Below, in pieces: positions 27,601 through 36,821 of a stretch of DNA of 64,000 nucleotides. The notes under the pieces are model-generated. The model saw only the letters and a list, made by a program, of their open reading frames with translations. It searched no databases and was not told the origin of the DNA. Positions within the stretch are counted from its first letter, which is position 1, and every line of letters begins with the position of its first letter. Source of the DNA: an uncultured Acidobacteriota bacterium (GTDB taxonomy: Bacteria > Acidobacteriota > Thermoanaerobaculia > UBA5066 > DATFVB01). Where the stretch lies: contig CAWEYG010000001.1 of NCBI GenBank assembly GCA_963813155.1, positions 512,001 to 576,000 of the forward strand, in the 5' to 3' direction. The position numbers and the translations under genes were made by a program.

Positions 27601-28953
27601 CTACAATCGACCCGAATTGCCGCCGCGGCGAAACAGGAAATACAGCGGGACGCCGAGCGCGATGAATCCCAGGCCGAGCAGCGACTCGCGCGGCCTCTGC
27701 ACGATCGTGCTGATCATGAGACCGAGCGCCGCGGCCACGAATACCGCCGGCGTCACCGGGTAGCCGGGAACGCGAAACGGCCGTTCCAGGAGCGGTTCTT
27801 TCCGCCGAAGCACGAACACGGAGGCGACGGTCATCCCGTAGACGAGCCAGCCTCCGAAAATCACGTACGTGAAGAGCTGGGAGAATCCGCCCATGAACGC
27901 GACGAGCAGGCTCGACCAGATTCCCTGGAGGGCGATCGCGGCGGCCGGCGAGCGGAAACGGGGATGCACGCCCCCGAGACCCGCCGGCAGCAGTCCGTCG
28001 CGGGACATCTGAAAATAACTTCGCGGTCCCGCGAGGATCGAGCCGTTCATCGCCCCGAGAATCGAGCACACGATCGCGGCGGTCAGCGCCCGGACGCCCC
28101 ACGGCCCGGCGACCTTCGCGATCGCCGCGATTCCCACACGCGGCGACGCCGCCATCTCGGGAATGGTCATGACGCGGAAATACGCGGCGTTCGCGGCGAG
28201 GTAGAGACCGATGATCAGGAGCTCGCCGAGCACGACCCCGAGCGGAAAATTCCTTCTCGGATCGCGGACTTCGCCGGCCACGAAACTCGCGTCGTGCCAT
28301 CCTTCGTAGCCCCAGAAAACGGCGACGAACGCGATGCCGATCGCAGCAAGGCCGGTCGGCCCGCCCGCCGGGACGATGGCGGCCTTCGCCTCGTGCGCCG
28401 GCAGAACGAAGATCGCGATCGTCATTCCCACGAGGCCCGTAATCTTCAACGCCGAGAGCGTGTTCTGGACGGCCGAGCCCGCGCGGATTCCCAGGATGTT
28501 CGCGCCCGTCAGGGCGAGAATCCCGAAAATCGAGATGGCGCGCGACTCCCGGGGCGACAGGGAGAAGAAGGCGCCGAGGTAGATCGTGAGCGCGACGGCG
28601 AGAGTCGCGATCGCGCCGGACGTGATGACGGTGAACATCGTCCACCCGCAGAGAAAGCCCGCCAGCTTTCCGTAGGCGCGGGAAAGATACGTGTACAGGC
28701 CTCCGGGCGAGGGAATCGCGGCGCCGAGCTCGGCCATCGAGAGCACGCCGAGCATCGTCAGCAACCCGCCGAGGGCCCAGATGCCGAAGATGAGCGGCTC
28801 GGAATGAACGACGCGGGCGATCTCGGAAGGAACGAGGAAGATGCCGGAGCCGATCACCGTTCCGACGAGGAAGAGCGCCATGTCCCACGGGCCGAGCACC
28901 CGCAGCAGGCCGTGATCGGGCTCGGCGGGATGGGCGGGCGTCGCGAGCTTCAT
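27601..28953 (-). CDS. APC family amino acid permease
   Basis: VGTVIGSGIF, AELGAAIPSPGGLYTY, WGYEGW, RPFRVPGYP. Confidence 0.95.
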   Translation of the reverse strand: MKLATPAHPAEPDHGLLRVLGPWDMALFLVGTVIGSGIFLVPSEIARVVHSEPLIFGIWALGGLLTMLGVLSMAELGAAIPSPGGLYTYLSRAYGKLAGFLCGWTMFTVITSGAIATLAVALTIYLGAFFSLSPRESRAISIFGILALTGANILGIRAGSAVQNTLSALKITGLVGMTIAIFVLPAHEAKAAIVPAGGPTGLAAIGIAFVAVFWGYEGWHDASFVAGEVRDPRRNFPLGVVLGELLIIGLYLAANAAYFRVMTIPEMAASPRVGIAAIAKVAGPWGVRALTAAIVCSILGAMNGSILAGPRSYFQMSRDGLLPAGLGGVHPRFRSPAAAIALQGIWSSLLVAFMGGFSQLFTYVIFGGWLVYGMTVASVFVLRRKEPLLERPFRVPGYPVTPAVFVAAALGLMISTIVQRPRESLLGLGFIALGVPLYFLFRRGGNSGRL

Positions 28954-28960
28954 CGGGCGA

Positions 28961-29143
28961 TCACTCCGATCCGTCGGCGCGCCCGACGTCGAGCCGCCGC
29001 CCGTCTTCGTCGCCCGAGATCCGCACGAGCCACGGGTTGCAGCAGATCTCGCAATCCTGGACGAGCGAGCCGTTCACGTCCGGCTCGAAATGGACTTCGA
29101 CTTCCTCGCCGCAGTACGGGCACGTCACGAGAAAGTCGTCCAT
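28961..29143 (-). CDS. CPXCG motif cysteine-rich protein
   Basis: CPYCGE...QDCEICCNP. Confidence 0.9.
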   Translation of the reverse strand: MDDFLVTCPYCGEEVEVHFEPDVNGSLVQDCEICCNPWLVRISGDEDGRRLDVGRADGSE

Positions 29144-29147
29144 CGAC

Positions 29148-29645
29148 TCAGATCTCGTTCCAGTTCACCCGGGGAATCAGGATTCGCGCGACGTTCTGAA
29201 GGCCCTTTCGGTCCTCTTCGTCGAAGCGGTTTTCCTTCGGAGCGTCGACGTCGAGGACGCCGGCGAGTTTGCCGTTCGCGACGAGCGGAACGACGATCTC
29301 GGAGCGCGACGCCGCGTCGCACGCGATGTGGCCCGGAAACGCGTTGACGTCGGGCACGACGAGCGTTTCCCGCTTCGCGGCCGCCGTCCCGCAGACGCCC
29401 TTCCCCATCGCGATCCGCACGCACGCGGGCCGCCCCTGGAAAGGCCCGAGCACGAGCTCGCTCCCGCGCAGGATGTAGAAACCCGCCCAGTTGATCCCGG
29501 GAAGCGCCTCCCAGATCAGGGCCGCGGCGTTCGCGAGATTCGCGAGCGAGTCGGGCTCGTCGCCGATCAGGGCCTCGAGAGACGCGGGCGAGCTCGCGTA
29601 GAGCTCCGGTTTCGGGACGGAGCGATCGAAGGAGGATTCGTGCAC
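29148..29645 (-). CDS. msrC: GAF-domain free methionine-R-sulfoxide reductase
   Basis: NWAGFY, LGPFQGRPACVRI, GVCG, FPGHIACDAASRSEIVVP. Confidence 0.9.
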   Translation of the reverse strand: MHESSFDRSVPKPELYASSPASLEALIGDEPDSLANLANAAALIWEALPGINWAGFYILRGSELVLGPFQGRPACVRIAMGKGVCGTAAAKRETLVVPDVNAFPGHIACDAASRSEIVVPLVANGKLAGVLDVDAPKENRFDEEDRKGLQNVARILIPRVNWNEI

Positions 29646-29654
29646 GCGAAGATC

Positions 29655-30098
29655 TTAGCGCGAAGAACTTCGCTTCGGCTTCACGTGCGGGTCCCAGAAG
29701 TGGTCGAACGCGAGCCACAGCGCCTTCGCGTGCCGGACGAACAGAATGCTGAAGACCGGCAGCGGCAGGAGCACGACGAGAAGTGTCTGCGTGAGCGTCA
29801 AATGAAAAAACATCGACGACCCGAGCCAGAGGAGCAATCCGAGCACGGAGGTCGCGCCGTAGCCGAACGCCCACGTCGCGAGCAGGAAGTAGCCCGATTC
29901 CCGTTCGTACTGGTACCGGCAGCGGGTGCAGCCCGGAAGAGGGCTCATCCAGCCGGACAGGGAGCGAACGTCCGCGAGCGGAAGAAAGAGGCGGGATTCG
30001 CCGCACGTCGGGCACCGCAGACGCGCCGCGCGGAACAGGAACGTCGCCGCCTTGCGCAGCGAGCGCGGCTCCCTGCCGAGCGAGACGACCTCCGTCAC
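29655..30098 (-). CDS. DUF983 domain membrane protein
   Basis: CPTCGESRLF...CTRC...ERESGYF, two TM segments, KALWLAFD. Confidence 0.85.
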   Translation of the reverse strand: MTEVVSLGREPRSLRKAATFLFRAARLRCPTCGESRLFLPLADVRSLSGWMSPLPGCTRCRYQYERESGYFLLATWAFGYGATSVLGLLLWLGSSMFFHLTLTQTLLVVLLPLPVFSILFVRHAKALWLAFDHFWDPHVKPKRSSSR

Positions 30099-30104
30099 TC
30101 GCGG

Positions 30105-30272
30105 TTACTTCGGATCGGTCGAGCGCCGTTTCGGAGAATCGGGAACATCCTGCTTTCGGCGATCGGGCCCGTTGCGCCGATCCGGAGCACCGAGCCGGCC
30201 CCAGCGGCGGCGGTCTTTGCCCGTCCGGCGGTCGCCGGGCGGGGGCGAAGTCGCGTCTTCGTCGTCTGCCAT
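30105..30272 (-). CDS. small Arg-rich DRR-repeat protein (55 aa)
   Basis: MADDEDATSPPPGDRRTGKDRRRWGRLGAPDRRNGPDRRKQDVPDSPKRRSTDPK; fills the gap upstream of the DUF983 operon. Confidence 0.6.
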   Translation of the reverse strand: MADDEDATSPPPGDRRTGKDRRRWGRLGAPDRRNGPDRRKQDVPDSPKRRSTDPK

Positions 30273-30371
30273 GGGAACCTGAAATCTACGACTTCGCGGG
30301 GCCGCGCGCAATCGGCGGCAGAAGAACCTAATGTCCTTTTCCTCGTACTATGGCGGAATAGAGGAGGACCC

Positions 30372-32152
30372 ATGCACCGGTATGTGATTCTTTTCCTCGC
30401 CGCTGCGGCCGCCACGGCGGTGTTCGCGGCCGAGGCGCCGAAATCCGATCTCGAGGGCCGCCGGAAGGCCCTGAACGACCTGCTCGCCGAGCAGTGGGAT
30501 TACACGATGGAGACGAACCCGGAGTACGCGTCGATCCTCGGCGACAAGCGCTGGAACGACAAGTCGAGCGACAACTCGCTCGCCGCCGTTCAGAAGGACC
30601 TCGTCAAGACCGCGGAATTCCTGAAGCGCTTCCAGGCGATCGACACGACCGGCTTTCCGGAGCAGGAGAAGCTGAACAAGACCCTGATGGTCCGGCAGCT
30701 CGAAGAAGGGCTCGAAGGCGCGAAATTCAAAAACTGGGAGATCCCGGTCGCCCAGAACTACGGCATCCAGATCGAGGCGCCGCGGTTCGTGAACTACCTC
30801 CCGTTCGACACCGTGAAGGACTACGACGACTACATCACCCGCCTGAAGGACCTGCCGAAACAGTTCGAAGACACGATGGACAACATGCGCGCCGGCATGG
30901 CCGACGGCCTCATGCCGCCGAAGTTCCTGCTGGAGAAAGTCGTGCCGCAGGCGGAAGGCATCGCGTCCCAGGACCCGGAGAAGAGCCCGTTCGCGCAGCC
31001 GCTCGCGAAGTTTCCGAAGACGGCTTCCGCCGAAGACCAGAAACGCATTCACGACCAGGTCATCGCCGCGATCCGGGACGCGGATCCTTCCCGAGTACGT
31101 GAAGTTCGCGAAGTTCGTCAAGGACGAGTACGCCCCGAAAGGACGCACCGAAGTCGGGATCTGGTCGCTGCCCGACGGCCCGGCGCGCTACGCGTTCCGG
31201 GTGAAGCAGTCGACGACGACGAACCTGACCGCGGAGGAGATCCACCAGATCGGCCTGAAGGAGGTCGCGCGGATCGAAGGGGAAATGCAGAAGATCGCGA
31301 AGAAGAGGGGTTTCGCGGACATGAAATCCTTCAACGACGCGCTCGCGAAAGACCCCGCCCACCACGGCCACTCCCGCCAGGAGTTCATCGACCTCTACAC
31401 GAAATACATCGACCAGATGTCGGCGAAGCTCCCGCAGCTCTTCGGGCGGCTGCCGAAGGCGAAGGTCGTCGTGAAGCCGACGGAGGAGTTCCGCGAAGCG
31501 ACGGCTTCGGGCGCCGAGTACAACCAGGGAACGCCTGACGGTTCGCGGCCGGGCACGGTCAACGTGAACACGAGCGACTTCGCGAAGCGCACGACGATCA
31601 ACGTGGAAACGACCGCGTACCACGAAGGCGTGCCGGGACATCACATGCAGATCTCGATCGCGCAGGAGCTGCCGACGATTCCTCCCTTCCGCCAGCAGGG
31701 CGGCAACGGCGCCTACGTCGAGGGATGGGCGCTCTACTCCGAAGATCTCGGCCGCGACGTCGGGTTCTACCAGGACCCGTACCAGCTCTACGGCCACTAC
31801 CAGGACGAGATGCTCCGCGCGATCCGCCTCGTCGTCGACACCGGATTGCACGCGAAACACTGGACCCGCGACCAGGTCGTGAAGTTCTTCCACGACCACT
31901 CGGGAACCGACGAGGTGGAGGTCCAGAGCGAGACGGATCGCTACATCTCGTGGCCGGGCCAGGCGCTCGGCTACAAGATCGGCCAGCTGACGTTCTCGCG
32001 TCTCCGCGAGAAGGCGAAGAAGGAGCTCGGGGCCGAAGTTCGACATCCGCAAGTTCCACGACGAAGTCCTCGGCGCCGGCTCGCTTCCGATGGACGTCCT
32101 GGAAGCGCGAATCGACGCCTGGATCGCGTCGGAGAAGGGTTCTTCGAGCTAG
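30372..32152 (+). CDS. DUF885 family secreted protein (putative metallopeptidase), frameshifts near 31090 and 32035
   Basis: Signal peptide; LTAEEIHQIGLKEVARI, TTAYHEGVPGHHMQ, AYVEGWALYSE, PGQALGYKIG; FDIRKFHDEVL in a third frame. Confidence 0.93.
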
Positions 32153-32156
32153 CTTT

Positions 32157-32915
32157 CTAGTCTTCGGTCAGTTTTTCGGCGAGGGCGGCCTGCTCCGCGA
32201 GCCCGGCGGTGGCGAGCGCGCGGGCCGCCTCCCGCAACCGGATGACGCCCTCCGGGTCGTCGAGCAGCCGGAGCGTCAGGCCGAGCTGGAACAGCGTCGA
32301 GGCGTCCCCTTTCGACAGTCCCTGGCGCCGCCGCAGATCGAGCGCCTCGCGAAGCGCAGCGACGCTTCCCTCCAGATGGGCGCGCCCGCGATCGGGGTCG
32401 AGCTCGGCGAGCCGGCGGAGCGCGAGACCCAGGTTGTGGAGCGTCGCCGCGCGGGCGATCTCTTTTTCCCCGGTCCGAAACTCCAGAGCGCGCCGGTACA
32501 GGCCGATCGCCTCGTCGAGCTCCCCTGGCGTCGCCCCGAGCGCGGCAATCGCGCTCGCGAGGTTGTGCAGCGCCCGGGCGTGGGCGTCGGGATCGCTCTC
32601 CCGCGTCCAGTCGGCGAGGACCCGGCGAAAACACTCCCGCGCCCGGACGAGGTTCGCGGCCGGTCCCGGCGATCCGAAAAACGCGCCCGCGCCGTTGAAG
32701 AACCTCGCCCGCTCGCCCGCCGCACGGCGAGTGACCGCGAGCCCGACTTCTTCGAGGCTCGACCAGAAGTCGTCGGCCAGCACCCGCGAAAGCGCGGCGT
32801 CGCGTTCCCGAAGCTCCTCCTGGAACCGGTACCAGCTGCGAAAGGCCGCGACGGGATCTTCGGCGAACGCGGCCCGAAATCGGAGAAGGGCTTCGTCATG
32901 GCTCGTGTCGCTCAA
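32157..32915 (-). CDS. tetratricopeptide repeat protein
   Basis: Repeated ARALHNLA / AATLHNLG / ASTLFQLG helices. Confidence 0.8.
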   Translation of the reverse strand: MSDTSHDEALLRFRAAFAEDPVAAFRSWYRFQEELRERDAALSRVLADDFWSSLEEVGLAVTRRAAGERARFFNGAGAFFGSPGPAANLVRARECFRRVLADWTRESDPDAHARALHNLASAIAALGATPGELDEAIGLYRRALEFRTGEKEIARAATLHNLGLALRRLAELDPDRGRAHLEGSVAALREALDLRRRQGLSKGDASTLFQLGLTLRLLDDPEGVIRLREAARALATAGLAEQAALAEKLTED

Positions 32916-32937
32916 CGACTTCCCCTGATCGATGGTG

Positions 32938-33012
32938 CCCCCTCACCCCAACCCTCTCCCTCGAGGGAGAGGGTGAGTCGCCGAAGCGTCGCGAGGCGAC
33001 CGGGTGAGGGGG
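32938..33012. repeat. boxC-like palindromic element (75 bp, intergenic)
   Basis: Terminal inverted repeats CCCCCTCACCC...GGGTGAGGGGG; inner hairpin CCCTCTCCC-TCGA-GGGAGAGGG. Confidence 0.85.
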
Positions 33013-33024
33013 AACCGGGATCGC

Positions 33025-33858
33025 TCATTCGCGGAGCTTCTCGTCGCCGGGCCGGCTGTGGTTCCAGTAGTCCAGGCGCTGAGCCTTCCGGAGAGTCAGC
33101 GAGCCGCCGTCGGAGCGAGCCCACGAGCGCAGCGTGAAAGGGAACTCCGAATCGAACGTGAATCGATCGACGCCGGCGCCGGACCGCACCTCCACGACGC
33201 GCTCGGATCCCGAAGGCGTCACGACGATCGTCGCCGGCCGCGCTTCCGGATGGCCGAGGCGGGAACCCACGACGGAGGGATAAAGGGAAATCGGGTACTG
33301 CGCCGGCCCCGGCGCGCGGCGCAGCGTCCGGAGCTTGAACGGAAGCTCGTCGAAGAAAACGATGTCGCCGGGCAGGCGCTGGTCGAGCCGCCCGTCGCCC
33401 TCGCCGTCCCAGTACGTGTGGTACGTCAGGCGCAGGAAGCCGCCGTCGAGCCAGCCGAGCTTGAAGGAGTTCCCGCAAGAATCGTTGCTCGCGAGCGAGA
33501 ATTTCACGAGATTCCCCGTCGCGCGGTCCCAGAACGACGAGTGCATCTGGTGAAACGCGTACAACCCGGCCGGCACGTCGATCACCTGGTTCATCTTGAG
33601 AACTTCCGTGCCCGAAGGCGCGTCGGCCTTGACCCGCAGCTTCGGGTTGAACGGCTCTTTGACGACGATGTGAACGACCTCTGCGCTCCGAACGGTTCCG
33701 TCGCGAACCTCTTCGGCTTGGTAGACGTTGTACTCCGCCTTCCCGTCGTCCCAGAGGCGGTCGCGCAGGAGCTCGGCCCCGAAGGGCGACGGGGCGGGAG
33801 CCGCGGACGCGAGCGCGGCCGCCCACGCCGCGAAAATCGAAATCCGGAGCGCCTTCAT
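33025..33858 (-). CDS. secreted hypothetical protein
   Basis: Signal peptide; WDDGKAEY, VLKMNQ, SCGNSF, YWDGEGD motifs look conserved-type. Confidence 0.8.
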   Translation of the reverse strand: MKALRISIFAAWAAALASAAPAPSPFGAELLRDRLWDDGKAEYNVYQAEEVRDGTVRSAEVVHIVVKEPFNPKLRVKADAPSGTEVLKMNQVIDVPAGLYAFHQMHSSFWDRATGNLVKFSLASNDSCGNSFKLGWLDGGFLRLTYHTYWDGEGDGRLDQRLPGDIVFFDELPFKLRTLRRAPGPAQYPISLYPSVVGSRLGHPEARPATIVVTPSGSERVVEVRSGAGVDRFTFDSEFPFTLRSWARSDGGSLTLRKAQRLDYWNHSRPGDEKLRE

Positions 33859-33875
33859 ACGGTAATCTTAGCCGG

Positions 33876-34658
33876 ATGAAGCGGCTCCTCGCGTTTCTCC
33901 TCGCCCTCCCGCTCGCCGCCGCTCCGGCAATCGCCGCGGGTTTTCGCTTCCGCGCGGCGACGCACGCCGAGGGAACGGCTTCGGCCGCGATCTCGATGGC
34001 CGACACGGAAGTGACCGGCCGGGTGGACGGCTCCCGCGCCCGGATCGAGATCGACAAGAGCCGCAACCCGCTGCTTCCGCAGGGCAGCGTTCTTCTGACC
34101 CAGGACGGCGGCAAGACGTTCTCGCTGCTCGACCTCGCGCGCAAGACGTCGTCCGCCTGGACGCCGCCCGAGCGGGCAGGGGGCAGCGCGGCGGCCCGGT
34201 CGATCGTGCGCGTGCAGTTCGAGGACCCCGACGTCCGGAAGATCGCAGAGGGCGCGGGAGAGAAAATCTCCGGGCACGCGACGAGGTACTTCAAGTTCCG
34301 CGTGGGGTACGTGACCGCGGTGGACGTCATGGGCTCGGTTCAGAAGACCTCGACGAACCGCGTCGAGGAGCTCTGGACCGCGCCGGACCTGACGGAGGCC
34401 GGGTTCGCGGCGTGGCTTCGGAAAGATTCGGCGCCGACCGGCAACGAAGAGCTCGACCGCCGGATCGCCGCCGAGCTCTCGGGAGCGCCGGGCACGCCGC
34501 TCAAGCGCGTCACGACGACGACGTGGAAGGACTCGAGCGGAAAAGATCAGACCGTGAAAACCACGATCACGGTGTCGGAATTGAAGAAAGACTCGCCGCC
34601 TGGCGAGCTCTTCCAGCCTCCGCCGGGATTCCGAGGCGCCTCGCCGGAGAAGAACTGA
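33876..34658 (+). CDS. secreted DUF4412-like protein
   Basis: Signal peptide; GEKISGHATRYF, ELWTAPDL, ELFQPPPGF. Confidence 0.75.
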   Translation: MKRLLAFLLALPLAAAPAIAAGFRFRAATHAEGTASAAISMADTEVTGRVDGSRARIEIDKSRNPLLPQGSVLLTQDGGKTFSLLDLARKTSSAWTPPERAGGSAAARSIVRVQFEDPDVRKIAEGAGEKISGHATRYFKFRVGYVTAVDVMGSVQKTSTNRVEELWTAPDLTEAGFAAWLRKDSAPTGNEELDRRIAAELSGAPGTPLKRVTTTTWKDSSGKDQTVKTTITVSELKKDSPPGELFQPPPGFRGASPEKN

Positions 34659-35458
34659 GGAGACTCGCGCTCCTCGTCCTCCTCGCGGGCGCTGCCCTCG
34701 GGCAGGAGGCGACCCCGATCATCCAGGACAATTCGTTTCTCGTCGAAGAGGCGTACAACCAGGACCCGGGCGTCGTTCAGCACATCCAGACGTTCTCCCG
34801 CGACCGGAACCGCGACGAATGGCTCTACACGTTCACGCAGGAATGGCCCGTCCCGGGCCTCGCGCACCAGCTCTCGTACACGCTTGCGTACCAGCGAACG
34901 GACGGCGTCGCGAAGCCCGCCGACATGCTCGTGAACTATCGCTACCAGCTGCTCGGGAACGCCGAGGCGAGAGTCGCCTGCGCGCCGCGTCTCTCGCTGA
35001 TCCTTCCGACGGGCGACGCGAAGGCGGGCACCGGGAACGGTTCCGTCGGCGTGCAGGCGCTCGTGCCGGTCAGCATCGTGCTCGGCGAGAAGTGGGCGGC
35101 CCATTCGAATCTCGGCGGGACCGTCGTTCCCTCCGCCCGCGACGCCGCGGGACGGAAGGCAACGACGCGGAGCGTGAACCTCGGGCAGAGTTTCATCTGG
35201 CAGGCGACGAACCGGTTCAACGTGATGCTCGAATCGGTCTGGAGCCGCGACGAGTCGGTCGCCGGGGAAGGGCGCACGACCCGCCAGGACTCGTTTCTCG
35301 TCAGCCCCGGAATCCGCTGGGCCTACAACTGCGCGGGCGGCCTGCAGATCGTGCCGGGGATCGCGTTTCCGTTCGGCGTCGGGCCGAGCTCCGGACAGAA
35401 GAGCGTTTTTCTCTACCTCAGTTTCGAGGGGCCCGTCTGGAAGCCGCGGGGAAGCTGA
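34655..35458 (+). CDS. putative outer-membrane beta-barrel transporter (MetA-pathway/SphA-like)
   Basis: Signal peptide from CTG overlapping the upstream stop; IQDNSFLVEEAYNQ, NYRYQL, ILPTGD, FLYLSFE. Confidence 0.8.
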   Translation: MRRLALLVLLAGAALGQEATPIIQDNSFLVEEAYNQDPGVVQHIQTFSRDRNRDEWLYTFTQEWPVPGLAHQLSYTLAYQRTDGVAKPADMLVNYRYQLLGNAEARVACAPRLSLILPTGDAKAGTGNGSVGVQALVPVSIVLGEKWAAHSNLGGTVVPSARDAAGRKATTRSVNLGQSFIWQATNRFNVMLESVWSRDESVAGEGRTTRQDSFLVSPGIRWAYNCAGGLQIVPGIAFPFGVGPSSGQKSVFLYLSFEGPVWKPRGS

Positions 35459-35460
35459 AC

Positions 35461-36796
35461 TCACGTAATCTCCCTCCCCTTCGTCTCCTCGAACGTCCAG
35501 ATCCACGCCCCGGTCGCGAGCGCGAAAATCACGGCGAGGGACATTCCCCCCCGCGAGCCCGTAGCGCCTCGCGAGCACCGCGACGATCACGGGCGTGACG
35601 AACTGGATTCCGCGCGCGATGTTGTACGCCGCGCCCATCGCCGTCGAGCGCACGGACGTCGGGAAGAGCTCCGCGAAGAGCGGGCCGAATCCTCCCCACA
35701 CGCCCGTCCCGACGCCGACGAGGAAGAGAAAACCGAGCCCCGCCGCCGGGTGCGCCGCGACCGTGTCCCAGAACAGCGTCGTCATCGCGAGACCCGCGGC
35801 GAAGAGGAGCGAGTAGATCGTGAACGCGGGGCGGCGCCCGAGGCGATCGGCCGCGAACCCGAACGACAGGTAGCCGAGGAACCCTCCCGCCTGCGCGACG
35901 AGAATCCACGACGCGGATTTCGCCATGGAGAAATGGCGCTGCTCGTACAGGTACCCGGGCAGCCACGAATACGTGAACCAGTAGGCCGACATCGTGAAGG
36001 TCGTGAGGATCGTGCAGCGGACAAAGACGGGGCGCAGGTCCTGATTTCGATCCGGGTCCACGAATCTGCGGCGCCCCCTCACCCTTCCCTCTCCCTCGAG
36101 GGAGAGGGTGGGACCCCGGAGCGAAGCGACGGAGGACCGGGTGAGGGGGTCAACGGCGATCGACGCCGAGTTGCCCTGAGCCAGCCACACGTCCGACTCG
36201 GGCAGCTTCTTCCGGATCGCGACGACGAGCAGCGCCGGCAGTCCGGAGATCAGGAAGCACGCGCGCCACCCGATCGCCGGCGCGAGGAACCCCCCGACGA
36301 CCGACGCGAGCGCGACTCCGATCGGCGCGCCGGTCTGAACGTAGGCTCCGTACCGGCCCCGCACTTTCGCGGGAAACGTTTCCCCGACGTACGTCTGCCC
36401 GGTCGCCCACTCTCCCCCGACGCCGAGACCCGTCACGACGCGGCAGAGCAGGAGCACGGGGAGGTTCGGAGCGAGCCCGCTCGCGAGCGTGCCCGCGCTG
36501 AACACGAGGATCGTCCACTGCAGCACGGGCTTTCGCCCGACGCGATCCGCGAGAAAGCCGAAGAAGATGCCTCCCACCGCGGTCGCCGCGAGCGACGCTC
36601 CGAAAATCGCGGAAACCTCGACGGTCGAGAGGCGAAGCTCCCGGCCCAGAGGGATCAGGAGAAAGCTGTAGAGAATGAGGTCGTAGAAGTCGAACACCCA
36701 GCCCGCCCACGCCATCGCGAGGATTTCGTAGTGCGTTCGGCCGAGCTTTTCGGCCTGATTCAGGAAACGTGTGGGGGCGGAAGGGGTTGTCGACAC
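35461..36796 (-). CDS. MFS transporter (sialate/aromatic acid-like), frameshift near 35545
   Basis: WAGWVFDFYD, GFLADRVGRK, GLGVGGEW, ELFPTSVRS; ends WTFEETKGREIT in the shifted frame. Confidence 0.92.
36074..36149. repeat. boxC-like palindromic element inside the MFS coding sequence
   Basis: Same TIRs and inner hairpin as 32938-33012; translated as PLTRSSVASLRGPTLSLEGEGRVRG. Confidence 0.85.
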
Positions 36797-36821
36797 AAAA
36801 GGTTCTGAAGGAGGATAATAG

